Shown piece after piece: positions 1 to 9,059 of a stretch of 64,000 nucleotides of DNA (positions within the stretch are counted from its first letter, which is position 1; each line of letters begins with the position of its first letter). Source of the DNA: a virus; IMG/VR virus record IMGVR_UViG_3300034069_000619, positions 1 to 64,000 of that record; one strand, given 5' to 3'. Under the pieces are notes generated by a model. The model had not been told where the DNA came from, ran no database searches, and worked only from the letters and a program-made list of their open reading frames with translations. A program made the position numbers and the translations under genes.

Positions 1-120
1 CCCCGCTTCGATACGACCACCGCCGTCATGGTGAAGAAGATCCGCTACCAGCCCGAGGCTGGGCGGCTGGGCGACATCACCGTGTCGTTCGACAAGGCCA
101 ACGGGATCTTCAGCCAATGA
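1..120 (+). CDS. 3' fragment of an early-operon gene (start outside window)
   Basis: Frame open from position 1 to TGA 118-120 with GC-rich third positions. It continues the + strand early operon that exits at 64000. Confidence 0.4.
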   Translation, partial: PRFDTTTAVMVKKIRYQPEAGRLGDITVSFDKANGIFSQ

Positions 121-184
121 GCGAGGGCAGCATGATCACCCGTGGCGCTCTGTGTCCTGAGAAGCCTGCAGAGGAGGAGGTGGC

Positions 185-559
185 GTGAGCGTCAAATACG
201 CACTGCGCTTGCTCGAATGGTACACGGGCGACGATCACGGCGTCAGCTCGGAGGCGATCGCAGGCGCCATGTCTGGCGCGGTCGTCCAGCGCCCCTGGAC
301 GCCCAGCGACGGCGGTGATCTCGGTAGGTGCCTTCGGCTGCTGGCACTTTTCCCCGAGTGGACGCCCGAGCGGTTCGCCACGACGATGTCTGCCGTATCG
401 CCTCGGTGGAAGCTTTTTGTCGAGTTCTGGCCGGATCTCGTGGCCTGCTTCGCGGAAGAGGTTGGGCCTGACTTCCCGAGAGGCCGGTCCGCGCCAAAGA
501 CTTACGATCTCATCAAGGCCATTGAAGATCGTGCTCGGGACCCGGAGATCCGCCCATGA
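185..559 (+). CDS. hypothetical phage early protein
   Basis: 124-aa ORF with a GTG start just downstream of a GAGGAGGAGG Shine-Dalgarno. Its stop overlaps the next start (ATGA). Confidence 0.6.
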   Translation: MSVKYALRLLEWYTGDDHGVSSEAIAGAMSGAVVQRPWTPSDGGDLGRCLRLLALFPEWTPERFATTMSAVSPRWKLFVEFWPDLVACFAEEVGPDFPRGRSAPKTYDLIKAIEDRARDPEIRP

Positions 560-891
560 CCCCCGATCTCCAGCGCATCGTGGAGGCGCTGAAAGCGTGC
601 AGGGAGAGGTATCGAATCTCCGATTTCGGACCCGCAGGCCCGTACGTCCTTGAGGAAAATACCTCATGGGATTTAGCGATCAATCTTGGCGAGTTCGTCG
701 AAAAGGAGGATGCCCAGGCCTACGTCGACGCCCGGTGCGCCGAGGCGATGGTGAGGGCAATCAGGGAGCCGTCCACCGAGATGGAAGTGGCCGGCACCGA
801 ACAGTGGCTTTGCGAAGCCGCGATGGAGGATCGGTCCGCCATCAACTGGCGCGCCATGTGTGACGCCATCCTCGGGGAGACCCAGCCATGA
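556..891 (+). CDS. hypothetical phage early protein
   Basis: 111-aa ORF with 4-nt start/stop overlaps on both sides. Confidence 0.6.
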   Translation: MTPDLQRIVEALKACRERYRISDFGPAGPYVLEENTSWDLAINLGEFVEKEDAQAYVDARCAEAMVRAIREPSTEMEVAGTEQWLCEAAMEDRSAINWRAMCDAILGETQP

Positions 892-1325
892 ACGATCTAC
901 AGGAACGGGTGGCGCGGGCGATCGCCTACGCAGCAGGTGACGACTACTACGAGGACAATCCTTACTGGCTCAAGCTCGCCGACGCTGCCATCGCTGCGGG
1001 TGTGGGGGCTGTGCAATGGCGCCCCATGTCTGAAGCGCCCAAGGATGGCACTGAGATCCTGGCGACGAACGCGCGCCTCATTGGTGGCTTTCGGGTCATT
1101 CTGGCTTGGGATGACGAGGTCGACGAGACCGCGACGAAGTCAGGCCACTGCTGGTGGGGCCAGGAGGCCGCTGGACGCTTCGGCTACCACACGGATGCCT
1201 TAACGCACTGGACGATCCCGCCAGAGGGGCCGTCCGGCGATTGCTCACCCGAGCCGGACACGGCCCACGGTTACGTCCGTGAGATCCACACCCCTCCAGC
1301 ACCGCCTAAGACCGGGGAGGCGTAA
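888..1325 (+). CDS. DUF551-like phage protein
   Basis: Motif WRPMSEAPKDGTEILATN resembles the DUF551 signature; coupled to the upstream gene. Confidence 0.65.
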   Translation: MNDLQERVARAIAYAAGDDYYEDNPYWLKLADAAIAAGVGAVQWRPMSEAPKDGTEILATNARLIGGFRVILAWDDEVDETATKSGHCWWGQEAAGRFGYHTDALTHWTIPPEGPSGDCSPEPDTAHGYVREIHTPPAPPKTGEA

Positions 1326-1326
1326 C

Positions 1327-1542
1327 GTGCCGGACATCGCTCTCTGCACCTCCACCGCCTGCCCGTCCCGCTCCTCCTGCCACCGCAACAAGGCCAGAGG
1401 CACCGAGCCATCAAATTGGCAGTGGTACGCCGATTTTGACGCCCAGCGCGCCGGCCTCGACCGCTGCGACAGCTACTGGCCCAAGACGGCTGAGGCCTAC
1501 GTCTACGCCGCCCCCACCATCACGGAGAACCCCCATGCGTGA
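1327..1542 (+). CDS. small Cys-rich phage protein
   Basis: GTG at 1327 directly after TAA 1323-1325. Carries a CTSTACPSRSSCHR...RCDSYW cysteine pattern. The longer 1279 start would overlap the upstream gene. Confidence 0.5.
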   Translation: MPDIALCTSTACPSRSSCHRNKARGTEPSNWQWYADFDAQRAGLDRCDSYWPKTAEAYVYAAPTITENPHA

Positions 1543-2071
1543 CATGCTCGATACCCTCACTCGTGGCCCATTCCGCGACGACACCCACCGAGCAGCGGTC
1601 GAAGCGGCAGCGGAGGATTTGGGGCAGAGGCAGTTGAGGGGAAATTCCCCGCATGTGCCAGATGCCCCTGCGGAGCCCGTAGGCGGCGAAATCAAAGCCG
1701 AGGGTAGGGTGATGAGGGTCGAGGCCGAGGATGGCCGTGTGCGGGCTCGTAATCCAATCCGCAAGCGCAAGGCGTGGACCCCCGCGATGGATGCCGAACA
1801 AACGGTTCATGCGCTCGACACCGCGATCTATGCCGTAGGTCAGATTTACGCCGCAGCCGCCTCCGCCCTCTCCACCGCCGCCCCCCTGCCCCTCGCCAGC
1901 ACGGAACCCTGGTCCGAGACCGACCAAGCCTACCGTGCCCGGCTATCCGACTACCTCGGCTACGACGTCACCTACAGCGGCAGCATGCTGGACGATTACG
2001 GGATCGAAGCCGCTGAGCTGCCGCGCCTCCGCCTCGTACCCGCCACCACCATGCAGGGAGAGCAGGCTTGA
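1535..2071 (+). CDS. hypothetical phage early protein
   Basis: In-frame ATG 1535 (MRDMLDTL...) within ORF 1436-2071, with an 8-nt overlap on the upstream stop. Confidence 0.5.
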   Translation: MRDMLDTLTRGPFRDDTHRAAVEAAAEDLGQRQLRGNSPHVPDAPAEPVGGEIKAEGRVMRVEAEDGRVRARNPIRKRKAWTPAMDAEQTVHALDTAIYAVGQIYAAAASALSTAAPLPLASTEPWSETDQAYRARLSDYLGYDVTYSGSMLDDYGIEAAELPRLRLVPATTMQGEQA

Positions 2072-2340
2072 CCGACCTTCCGGCTGATATCACCGCCGCC
2101 AGCATCAGCCTCGCGCAGATCCAAGCCTTCATCAAAGGTGCGGCATTCGGCGAATGGCGTGAAGCTCAGAACCCGAGCGGTCAGGCATGGCGCTTGGCGC
2201 ATCTTGCAGGTATATTGATGTCAGCAGATGTAGCGGCTGGTGCGCGATGCTTCGATGTTCCCATGTGGATTGATCGTGCCGAAGACCTGCTCGCCGAGGC
2301 GGATCGCCGAGTGACCCTCAAAGACGGAGTAGCTCCTTGA
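2068..2340 (+). CDS. hypothetical phage early protein
   Basis: 90-aa ORF with a TTGA start/stop overlap. Confidence 0.5.
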   Translation: MTDLPADITAASISLAQIQAFIKGAAFGEWREAQNPSGQAWRLAHLAGILMSADVAAGARCFDVPMWIDRAEDLLAEADRRVTLKDGVAP

Positions 2341-3020
2341 GCATCCACGACCATTACGTCGCGCTCTTGGCGCAAGCACAGCACCGCGAGGCTATCCGCC
2401 AGTGTGACCCTCAAGCGATCCGTGAGGACTTGAAGAAGGCCGGCATCACCAACCCCAACGCCACATACCGCTTCGACCCTGCCAAAGGATTTCAACTTCA
2501 GCACCGATGGCTGGTGACAAGCTTTTCGCCTCGCATGCACGCTAAGGTCCAGAAAGGCTGCAAGGAGCGGGGCTGGGCTTTCAACTGCCCGATGGGAACC
2601 GTTTGGCAGCAGGTGAAGCATCCAAAAAAGGGCGAGCCCAAGAAGGTCGCGGTCGAAAAGCCGCTGTTTGGCACTTATGGGTTTCTCCGGCCCGAGGAAA
2701 TCGGCAAGGGCGACCTGCGATCCCTTGAGCGTGTTGACGGTCTCGGTGGCCTCGTTCGCCTATCAATCAGCCATGAACCAGTCACAGTACCTATGGGCGA
2801 AGTCGAGCGCTTCGGCATGGCCCAGGCTGATGGCGAGTTCGACGAGACGCGGATCCGTCCGCCCAAAGTGAAGAAGGGTGATGAGGTGCGGATCCTCAAC
2901 GGACCATTCGAGTCATTTCGCGGTATCGTTGACATGACAATCGGAGAGCGGGTTAAGCTCCTTATGGGTTGGCTTGGTCCTGTTGATCTGCCGATGGACG
3001 CTGTGGAACTCGTGGCCTAG
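2337..3020 (+). CDS. NusG/RfaH-like transcription antitermination paralog
   Basis: NGN-like segment (WLVTSFSPRMHAKVQ...KPLFGTYGFLR) plus a KOW motif (GDEVRILNGPFESFRGIVD...VKLLM). It is the last gene of the early operon, immediately before the late genes. Confidence 0.8.
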   Translation: MSIHDHYVALLAQAQHREAIRQCDPQAIREDLKKAGITNPNATYRFDPAKGFQLQHRWLVTSFSPRMHAKVQKGCKERGWAFNCPMGTVWQQVKHPKKGEPKKVAVEKPLFGTYGFLRPEEIGKGDLRSLERVDGLGGLVRLSISHEPVTVPMGEVERFGMAQADGEFDETRIRPPKVKKGDEVRILNGPFESFRGIVDMTIGERVKLLMGWLGPVDLPMDAVELVA

Positions 3021-3040
3021 CCCAGAGTTTTGCGACAAAG

Positions 3041-3071
3041 TGCTTGCAATCGGTTTTTGAATATGCAAGCA
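3041..3071 (+). promoter_or_regulatory. hairpin / inverted repeat TGCTTGCA-N15-TGCAAGCA downstream of the NusG-like gene
   Basis: Perfect 8-bp inverted repeat read directly from the sequence. No clear U-tract follows. Confidence 0.3.
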
Positions 3072-3198
3072 ATTCGATAACGGACCTAGTCCGCAGGCGA
3101 AGCTCGGTTTCTGTCGGCCTCTCGTGTATGCCGATCATCCCTAGAGATTAGCCTTGACCGGCCCGCGCAAGGGCACGGATGGCGGTTTATCGCCTTTG

Positions 3199-3275
3199 AG
3201 CAGGATAGAGCAGTCGGGTAGCTCGCGTGGCTCATAACCACGAGGCCGCAGGTTCAAATCCTGCTCCTGCCACCA
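3199..3275 (+). tRNA. tRNA-Met(CAU), initiator-like, CCA encoded
   Basis: Hand-folded cloverleaf. Acceptor AGCAGGA/TCCTGCC with an A1xC72 mismatch. D arm GAGC-AGTCGGGTA-GCTC. Anticodon arm CGTGG-CTCATAA-CCACG. Variable loop AGGCC. T arm GCAGG-TTCAAAT-CCTGC. Discriminator A, then CCA. Confidence 0.85.
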
Positions 3276-3344
3276 AGTTTCGAGGGTTGGAGCCCGCTCC
3301 GTAGGCTGCGTTGCCTGTAAGCCAGAAAATCCTAGCCCGTTGTC

Positions 3345-3539
3345 ATGGCGAGCACCCTCGGCCAAAGATTGAGCAACTTCATGCTGACCATCCTCCTCGT
3401 CATTGTGCTGCTGATGGTCTTCGGCGGCGGTTTCTGGGGGATGAGCTCAGGCTACTATGGCGGCGCTGGCTTCGGAGGTATCAGCCTCGGCGGTGTCGTG
3501 CTGCTCTTTCTCGTGTTGCATCTATTCGGCATCCTGTGA
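3345..3539 (+). CDS. DUF3309-like small Gly-rich membrane protein
   Basis: 64 aa with two hydrophobic helices flanking a GGGFWGMSSGYYGGAGFGG segment, typical of DUF3309. Confidence 0.65.
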   Translation: MASTLGQRLSNFMLTILLVIVLLMVFGGGFWGMSSGYYGGAGFGGISLGGVVLLFLVLHLFGIL

Positions 3540-3763
3540 CTGACGTTTGGGCCAAGGGCGATCCGGCCAAAACATTGGCCGACATCGCTAAGCTTTTCGC
3601 CGATCTGATGGCGATGACGGATCAACTCAAGCCGGATCGCATTCTCATCCCTAGGCGGGAAAGCATTCTGCTCCGCAAGGCGGCAAAGCCCTATATACGG
3701 CTGTTCCCGTATCGTCGTCCCTGCTACACCTCTCGCGTGGTTCTTGAGCGGGTTGTGTCGTGA
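3536..3763 (+). CDS. hypothetical protein (weak)
   Basis: GTGA overlap with the upstream stop; this is the C-terminal part of ORF 3311-3763. Codon bias is modest. Confidence 0.3.
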   Translation: MTDVWAKGDPAKTLADIAKLFADLMAMTDQLKPDRILIPRRESILLRKAAKPYIRLFPYRRPCYTSRVVLERVVS

Positions 3764-4015
3764 CCTACCTCGTCTAAATCATCGGTCCAGTCGCCGTTTT
3801 CTTCGGCCTTGTAGTTCTCGTGCTCTGGTGGGGTTTCGGATGGAAGTTCGATTGACCCCCGCAGAACGGAAAGCTGCACAGCAGGCCGAAGCGCAGAGTC
3901 TGGCGAGGCAGGCAGATCGATATAGGCCGAGCCCGGGTTATTATCGCGAGTTTGTCGACCCCTACGTGGACGCCATTGTCCCCCGCATCGGCCCTGGCCC
4001 TGATAGGCCGGTAGT

Positions 4016-4042
4016 GCATTCAAATTGATTTCAATCATTCAA
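4016..4042 (+). promoter_or_regulatory. AT-rich symmetric element CATTCAAA-ttgatttcaat-CATTCAAA upstream of terS
   Basis: 8-nt direct repeat flanking an ATTGA-TT-TCAAT palindrome, 13 nt before the terS ATG. Confidence 0.3.
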
Positions 4043-4055
4043 ACTAGGTTTTCAG

Positions 4056-4391
4056 ATGCCACGCGGCGGAGCCCGTAAAGGCGCCGGCCGTAAGCCAAGC
4101 TCGGCAACGGTTCGGACGCGAGAGATCGCAGAGCGGCTCAGCAAGGACGGCACATCACCGCTAGAGGTGATGCTGGACGCGATGCGCTATTTCCACACTG
4201 CCGCACGACAGGCAGTGGAGGAGAACGAGGGCAAGCCATCCAAGCCTGCCGCTGAAGCTTACGCATCCGCCGCCACCATCGCCAAGGATGCGGCGCCGTT
4301 CATGCACCCGAAGCTCGCGAGCATCGAACACACGAATGGCGACGACGGTCCGTTCCAAATCGTCATCGCGTCCGGCGACGCCGAGTTATAA
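4056..4391 (+). CDS. terS: terminase small subunit
   Basis: N-terminal MPRGGARKGAGRKP motif. The size and the position directly upstream of terL fit. Confidence 0.75.
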   Translation: MPRGGARKGAGRKPSSATVRTREIAERLSKDGTSPLEVMLDAMRYFHTAARQAVEENEGKPSKPAAEAYASAATIAKDAAPFMHPKLASIEHTNGDDGPFQIVIASGDAEL

Positions 4392-5721
4392 TCCAAACCC
4401 TGGACAGGTCAGGGCGCAGAGGCTTCTAGAAGGTCCGCAACGGCACACGCTGATTGCGGGTGGCGCTAGGTCGGGCAAAACCTTTCTGCTCACCCGCGCT
4501 GTATTGGTAAGGGCGTTGCGAGGCGAGGGATCCCGACACGCCATTTTGCGCTTTAGGGCAAACGCGGTTCGATCATCGATCGGGCTCGACACGCTGCCCA
4601 AGGTGGTTTCGACCTGTTTCCCTGGCGTGAAGCTCACTGAGCACCGTCAGGATGGGTTCTTTGAACTGCCGAACGGTTCGCAAATCTGGCTTGGCGGATT
4701 GGACGATAAGGAGCGGGTCGAAAAGATCCTCGGCCAGGAATTCGCGACGCTCTATTTCAACGAGTGCTCGCAGATACCCTATTCGTCGGTGCTGGTGGCT
4801 AGAACACGCTTGGCTCAGACCGGCGTAGGGCTCAAGCAGCGCGCCTACTACGACATGAACCCGGCCGGCACCGGCCACTGGACCTATCACGAGTTCATTG
4901 AGCACCGCGATCCGCAGAGCCGCAAGGAGATGCCGGACGCGGATGATTATCAGCGGGCGTTCATTAACCCGAACGACAACGCTGAAAACCTAGACCCGAC
5001 TTTCCTCCGATCCCTTGCCAACCTGCCCGAAAAACAGCGGCGGCGGTTCTATGAGGGTCACTTCGTTGCCGAAGTCGACGGCGCTCTCTGGGGCTACGAC
5101 AAGCTAGAGGCCTGTCGGGTCGAGGCAATCAAGGATGAGAAGCCGGCCGACACTCTGGCTCGCCTCGGCATCGGCCGTGTCGTGGTCGCTGTAGACCCTT
5201 CCGGTGCTGCAGGCGAGGAAGACACCCGATCCGACATGATCGGCCTCAGCGTTGTCGGGAAGGCCGGGAACGCGGCATACGTTCTGGCCGACCTCACGCT
5301 CCGGGCTGGCCCCGATCAGTGGGCCAGAGCCGCGGTCAAGGCGTTCGACGACTGGAACGCTGACACCATCGTAGCTGAGAAGAACTTCGGTGGTGCGATG
5401 GTTGAGGCTGTGATCCGCACAGCCCGCCAAAGCGTCCCGGTCAAACTCATCACCGCCTCGCGCGGCAAGCATGTTCGGGCTGAGCCTATCGCGGCCCTCT
5501 ATGATGCTGGTCATGCCCATCACGTTGGGCGGTTTCCTGACCTTGAAGACCAGCTCGTGAACTTTTCGTCGTCCGGCTACGTCGGCGAGCGCTCGCCCGA
5601 CCGGGCCGACGCCATGGTGTGGGCGATGTCGGATCTGATGTTGGAACCGGAGCGGCGTATGATCCGGTTTACCCCCGAGGCGGTCGCTCGCTTCAAGACC
5701 CCGATGCAGAGGGCATTTTGA
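4336..5721 (+). CDS. terL: terminase large subunit
   Basis: Walker A motif GGARSGKT and an ATPase/nuclease-sized product. ATG 4336 is the last in-frame start before the conserved region; ATG 4288 is the alternative. Confidence 0.85.
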   Translation: MATTVRSKSSSRPATPSYNPNPGQVRAQRLLEGPQRHTLIAGGARSGKTFLLTRAVLVRALRGEGSRHAILRFRANAVRSSIGLDTLPKVVSTCFPGVKLTEHRQDGFFELPNGSQIWLGGLDDKERVEKILGQEFATLYFNECSQIPYSSVLVARTRLAQTGVGLKQRAYYDMNPAGTGHWTYHEFIEHRDPQSRKEMPDADDYQRAFINPNDNAENLDPTFLRSLANLPEKQRRRFYEGHFVAEVDGALWGYDKLEACRVEAIKDEKPADTLARLGIGRVVVAVDPSGAAGEEDTRSDMIGLSVVGKAGNAAYVLADLTLRAGPDQWARAAVKAFDDWNADTIVAEKNFGGAMVEAVIRTARQSVPVKLITASRGKHVRAEPIAALYDAGHAHHVGRFPDLEDQLVNFSSSGYVGERSPDRADAMVWAMSDLMLEPERRMIRFTPEAVARFKTPMQRAF

Positions 5722-7283
5722 GCAAGGGGCGCGGTCCGGTCGCGCTGGTCAAGAGGGCTATCCGCTTCGGCACTGAGGCCGCTGCCATCTACGGCAGGCG
5801 AGCCAGTGCTGTTCATGAGCCTGACATCGCGAGCATCTTCGCTCCGGCCAAGCCGCCGGTCGGCGTGGTGCCTGAAGGCAAGGCGCTGGCCATGGACGAC
5901 GCCTCGGCGTTCTCCTCAAGCTGGGCCTCTCAGAGCTACGGCGCGAACCTGCAGAACTTCGGTGGCATCGGCGCCGCCATCCCGATGACGGTGCTGGCCT
6001 ACTGGGCGCAGCGGCCAGAGTATCGAAAGATCTCGGACGTTCCCGCGACGGAGATGACCCGCCGCTGGATCAAGGTCACAGCGACGGGTGACGACGGGTC
6101 CAAGCAGGACCGCATCGACGGCATCAACGCTGCTCTGGCGCGGTTCAAGGTCCGCGACGCCTTTCGTGATGCGATCCGCTACGACGGTTTGCTCGGGCGC
6201 GGTCACATTTTCATCGACGTCGGGGCTGTTGACGACGAGCTTGCGCAGCCCATCGGGAACCCTGGCGAGCGCGGCATGCGTGCCAAGGTCAAGAAGGGCT
6301 CGCTGAAGGCCATTCGCTCCATCGACCCGCTGTGGGTCTATGCGAAGAACTATGAGGCTCGGAACCCGCTTTCGCCGGATTTCTACCGCCCATCATCGTG
6401 GTGGATCATGGGCAAGGAAATCCACGCCACTCGCATGCTGACGATTGTCGGCCGCGAGGTGCCGGACATCCTCAAGCCCGCATACAGCTTCGGCGGCTTG
6501 TCGCTGACGCAGCTCTGCGAGCCTTACGTCGAGCGGTGGCTTCGCACGGCGAACAACGTTGCGGATCTGGTCCACTCGTTCAACGTCTTCGTGCTGAAGA
6601 CCAACATGGGCGTTGAGATCCAGGGCGGCAGCGGCGGCGGAACGACCGGCCTTGTGCAGGTTGATCAGGCTGGGTTGGATGGCCGCGTGTCGGCGTTTAA
6701 CTACTATCGGAACAACCTCGGCACGCTGGTCATCGACAAGGACAGCGAGGAGTTTGCCAACGTGGCGGCTCCCATCAATGGGCTTGATCGCATCCAGGCA
6801 CAGGCCTTTGAGTACGTCGTCGCCATGGCCGGGCAGCCCATGGTGAAGTATGCTGGGATCCAGCCTTCGGGGCTCAACGCCTCGTCGGACGGTGAGATCC
6901 GCGTCTTCTACGACGCAATGCATGCCGCGCAGGAAGATCACGTCCGCGATCCGATGCATGTTGTGCTCGACGTGATTCAGTTGAGCGAGTTCGGCGACAT
7001 TGACCCTGACATCCGCTTCGACTTTGAGCCCCTTTGGGCCATGTCGGAGAAGGAGAGGGCCGAGGTCGAAGAGATCGAGGGCCGCACGGACAGCGATCGC
7101 ATCGACCATGGCGTGCTCCGCCCTGAGGAGGTGCGGCAGAACATTGCCGACGATCCCGACAGCCGCTATCCTGGGCTGGATGTCGACGACGTGCCTGACC
7201 TTGAAGAGGAAGAGGCCGAAGGGCTTGAGCCGAAGGGCGAGAGCGGCGCCGAGGACATTGAGAGGCTGTTCGGCGCGGGGTAG
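5718..7283 (+). CDS. portal protein (DUF1073-like)
   Basis: About 520 aa directly after terL. The TTG at 5718 overlaps the terL stop. Acidic C-terminal tail. Confidence 0.75.
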   Translation: MSKGRGPVALVKRAIRFGTEAAAIYGRRASAVHEPDIASIFAPAKPPVGVVPEGKALAMDDASAFSSSWASQSYGANLQNFGGIGAAIPMTVLAYWAQRPEYRKISDVPATEMTRRWIKVTATGDDGSKQDRIDGINAALARFKVRDAFRDAIRYDGLLGRGHIFIDVGAVDDELAQPIGNPGERGMRAKVKKGSLKAIRSIDPLWVYAKNYEARNPLSPDFYRPSSWWIMGKEIHATRMLTIVGREVPDILKPAYSFGGLSLTQLCEPYVERWLRTANNVADLVHSFNVFVLKTNMGVEIQGGSGGGTTGLVQVDQAGLDGRVSAFNYYRNNLGTLVIDKDSEEFANVAAPINGLDRIQAQAFEYVVAMAGQPMVKYAGIQPSGLNASSDGEIRVFYDAMHAAQEDHVRDPMHVVLDVIQLSEFGDIDPDIRFDFEPLWAMSEKERAEVEEIEGRTDSDRIDHGVLRPEEVRQNIADDPDSRYPGLDVDDVPDLEEEEAEGLEPKGESGAEDIERLFGAG

Positions 7284-7286
7284 TGG

Positions 7287-7544
7287 GTGGTTAGCTTCAC
7301 GCTGGGCGACATTGTCGGAGGCGAGCCCCTGTTCGACACGGGGCCTAAGCCTGAGCACGATCTAAACCAGCGTGTTGCCCACTTCCGCAAGCTGTTCCGT
7401 GAAGCCATAGAGGCGATGCGGCGCGGCGATTACGTCGAGGCTAAGGCCTGCATGGACGCGCTCCAATTCGCATTCAACGTGGCGAAAGTCGTCCATGCCG
7501 AGCGTGAGAAGCAAGCCAAAGACGCTCAAGCCGGTCCACGCTAA
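7287..7544 (+). CDS. hypothetical small protein
   Basis: 85-aa ORF with a GTG start 4 nt after the portal stop. Confidence 0.45.
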   Translation: MVSFTLGDIVGGEPLFDTGPKPEHDLNQRVAHFRKLFREAIEAMRRGDYVEAKACMDALQFAFNVAKVVHAEREKQAKDAQAGPR

Positions 7545-8292
7545 CGCAGGCATCGCTGCCGAATTCGGTCGGCGTTTGCGAGCGCTCATCGCCAAGATGC
7601 ACGCGTCGTGCTTGTGGTGGGTGAGGGCAACGTACAAGGCAAATCAGCCCGAGATTGCGCAGGATGCGACGCCAGCCGACATTCTTCGGAGGGCCATCCG
7701 CCGGCTCACAAAGCGGTGGACGACGAAGTTCGACGAGGCAGGCGTCAAGCTCGGCGAGTGGTTCGCCAAGGCAGTCGGCAAGCGCTCTGACGAGGCGCTG
7801 AAGAAGATCCTCAAGGACGCCGGGATCAGCGTCGAGTTCCAGATGACGGCGGCTCAGCGCGACATTGCGCAGGCTACGGTGAGCCAGGCGACGAGCCTGA
7901 TCAAGACCATTCCGCAGCAGCACATGGCCAAGGTGGAGCAGGCCGTCATGCGGTCCGTTCAGACCGGCCGAGATCTCGGGGCGCTATCAAAGGATCTGCG
8001 AGAGATCGCAGGCGTCAGCGAGCGCCGGGCGGCGTTCATTTCGCGTGACCAGAACAACAAGGCCACAGCGGCTTTCACCCGCGCTCGCCAAATCGAGTCG
8101 GGTATCACCGAAGCTGTGTGGTTGCACTCCAGCGCCGGAAAGAAGCCCCGTCCCGCCCACGTCGGCATGAACGGCAAGCGCTACGACGTCGCTAAGGGCA
8201 TGTGGGACGAGGACGAGCGGGAATGGGTGTTCCCCGGCCAGCTCATCCGATGCAGATGTTTGTGTCGACCGGTAGTGAGCGGCTTCAGTTGA
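7495..8292 (+). CDS. head morphogenesis protein, Mu F / SPP1 gp7-like
   Basis: C-terminal motif WLHSSAGKKPRPAHVGMNGKRYD...FPGQLIRCRC is typical of the Phage_Mu_F domain. Confidence 0.8.
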   Translation: MPSVRSKPKTLKPVHANAGIAAEFGRRLRALIAKMHASCLWWVRATYKANQPEIAQDATPADILRRAIRRLTKRWTTKFDEAGVKLGEWFAKAVGKRSDEALKKILKDAGISVEFQMTAAQRDIAQATVSQATSLIKTIPQQHMAKVEQAVMRSVQTGRDLGALSKDLREIAGVSERRAAFISRDQNNKATAAFTRARQIESGITEAVWLHSSAGKKPRPAHVGMNGKRYDVAKGMWDEDEREWVFPGQLIRCRCLCRPVVSGFS

Positions 8293-8366
8293 TGCTATAC
8301 TGCGCGAGCCGCCGAGGCGCTTGCAACACCTACGGCGGCTCTAACCAGCCCGCATAGGAGTGCGAG

Positions 8367-9059
8367 ATGGCTGAGCGCAAGGTAGCTCGAAAAGTCGCTG
8401 TTGGCGACAGGTTCGGACGTTGGATCGTAAAGGCCGAAGCGCCGCCGCAGTTGGTGGGGAAGCGGCAAGCAGTTAGATGGCGCTGGTTCTGTTTGTGCGA
8501 TTGCGGGAATGAAAAAGAGGTTTTGGAAGTTTCTTTAGCGAAAGGACTCTCGCAAAGCTGCGGGTGTCTCAATCGTGAAGCATCCACCGTTCGTCATACC
8601 ACGCACGGCCATTCTAGGCACGGTAGTAGGTCGGCTGAGTACAGTATCTATCATGCTATGCGCAGCCGTTGCGACAGAACCGCAGATAGACGGTTCAACG
8701 ACTATGGCGCAAGGGGCATTTCAGTTGACCCTAGTTGGGCAACTTATGAAGCCTTTTACGAAAGCATGGGGCCACGACCGACACCTCGCCATCAATTAGA
8801 TCGGGTGGATAACGACAAAGGATATGGCCCTGAAAACTGCCGGTGGGTTATGCCGGCCGAAAACATGGTCAACCGTCGAAACACACGGGTTATCATGGTC
8901 GATGGCAAGGCGGTTCCTCTCGCCACTTTGGCGCGGCAGTACCGGTTGCCCTCAAACACGCTTCGCGGACGGATCGAGGCTGGATGGGAGCTACATCGGG
9001 CTCTCAATTCTCCGGTCGGTCCGACCGGCCCACAAAGCGGCAAGCTGAAAACGTCCTGA
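8367..9059 (+). CDS. free-standing HNH homing endonuclease-like protein
   Basis: CLCDCGNEKEV...SCGC zinc-like motif and an HNH-type motif HQLDRVDNDKGYGPENCRWVMPAENMVNRRN. Sits in a visibly AT-richer island between head genes. Confidence 0.75.
   Translation: MAERKVARKVAVGDRFGRWIVKAEAPPQLVGKRQAVRWRWFCLCDCGNEKEVLEVSLAKGLSQSCGCLNREASTVRHTTHGHSRHGSRSAEYSIYHAMRSRCDRTADRRFNDYGARGISVDPSWATYEAFYESMGPRPTPRHQLDRVDNDKGYGPENCRWVMPAENMVNRRNTRVIMVDGKAVPLATLARQYRLPSNTLRGRIEAGWELHRALNSPVGPTGPQSGKLKTS

Noticed and set aside
3724-4038. Mutually overlapping ORFs 3744-4028 (+), 3724-4038 (-) and 3774-4019 (-)
   Set aside because: Hand-counted GC3 for the + strand candidate is only about 55%. There are no recognisable motifs or coupling signals. 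The region is left unannotated as possible packaging or regulatory DNA.
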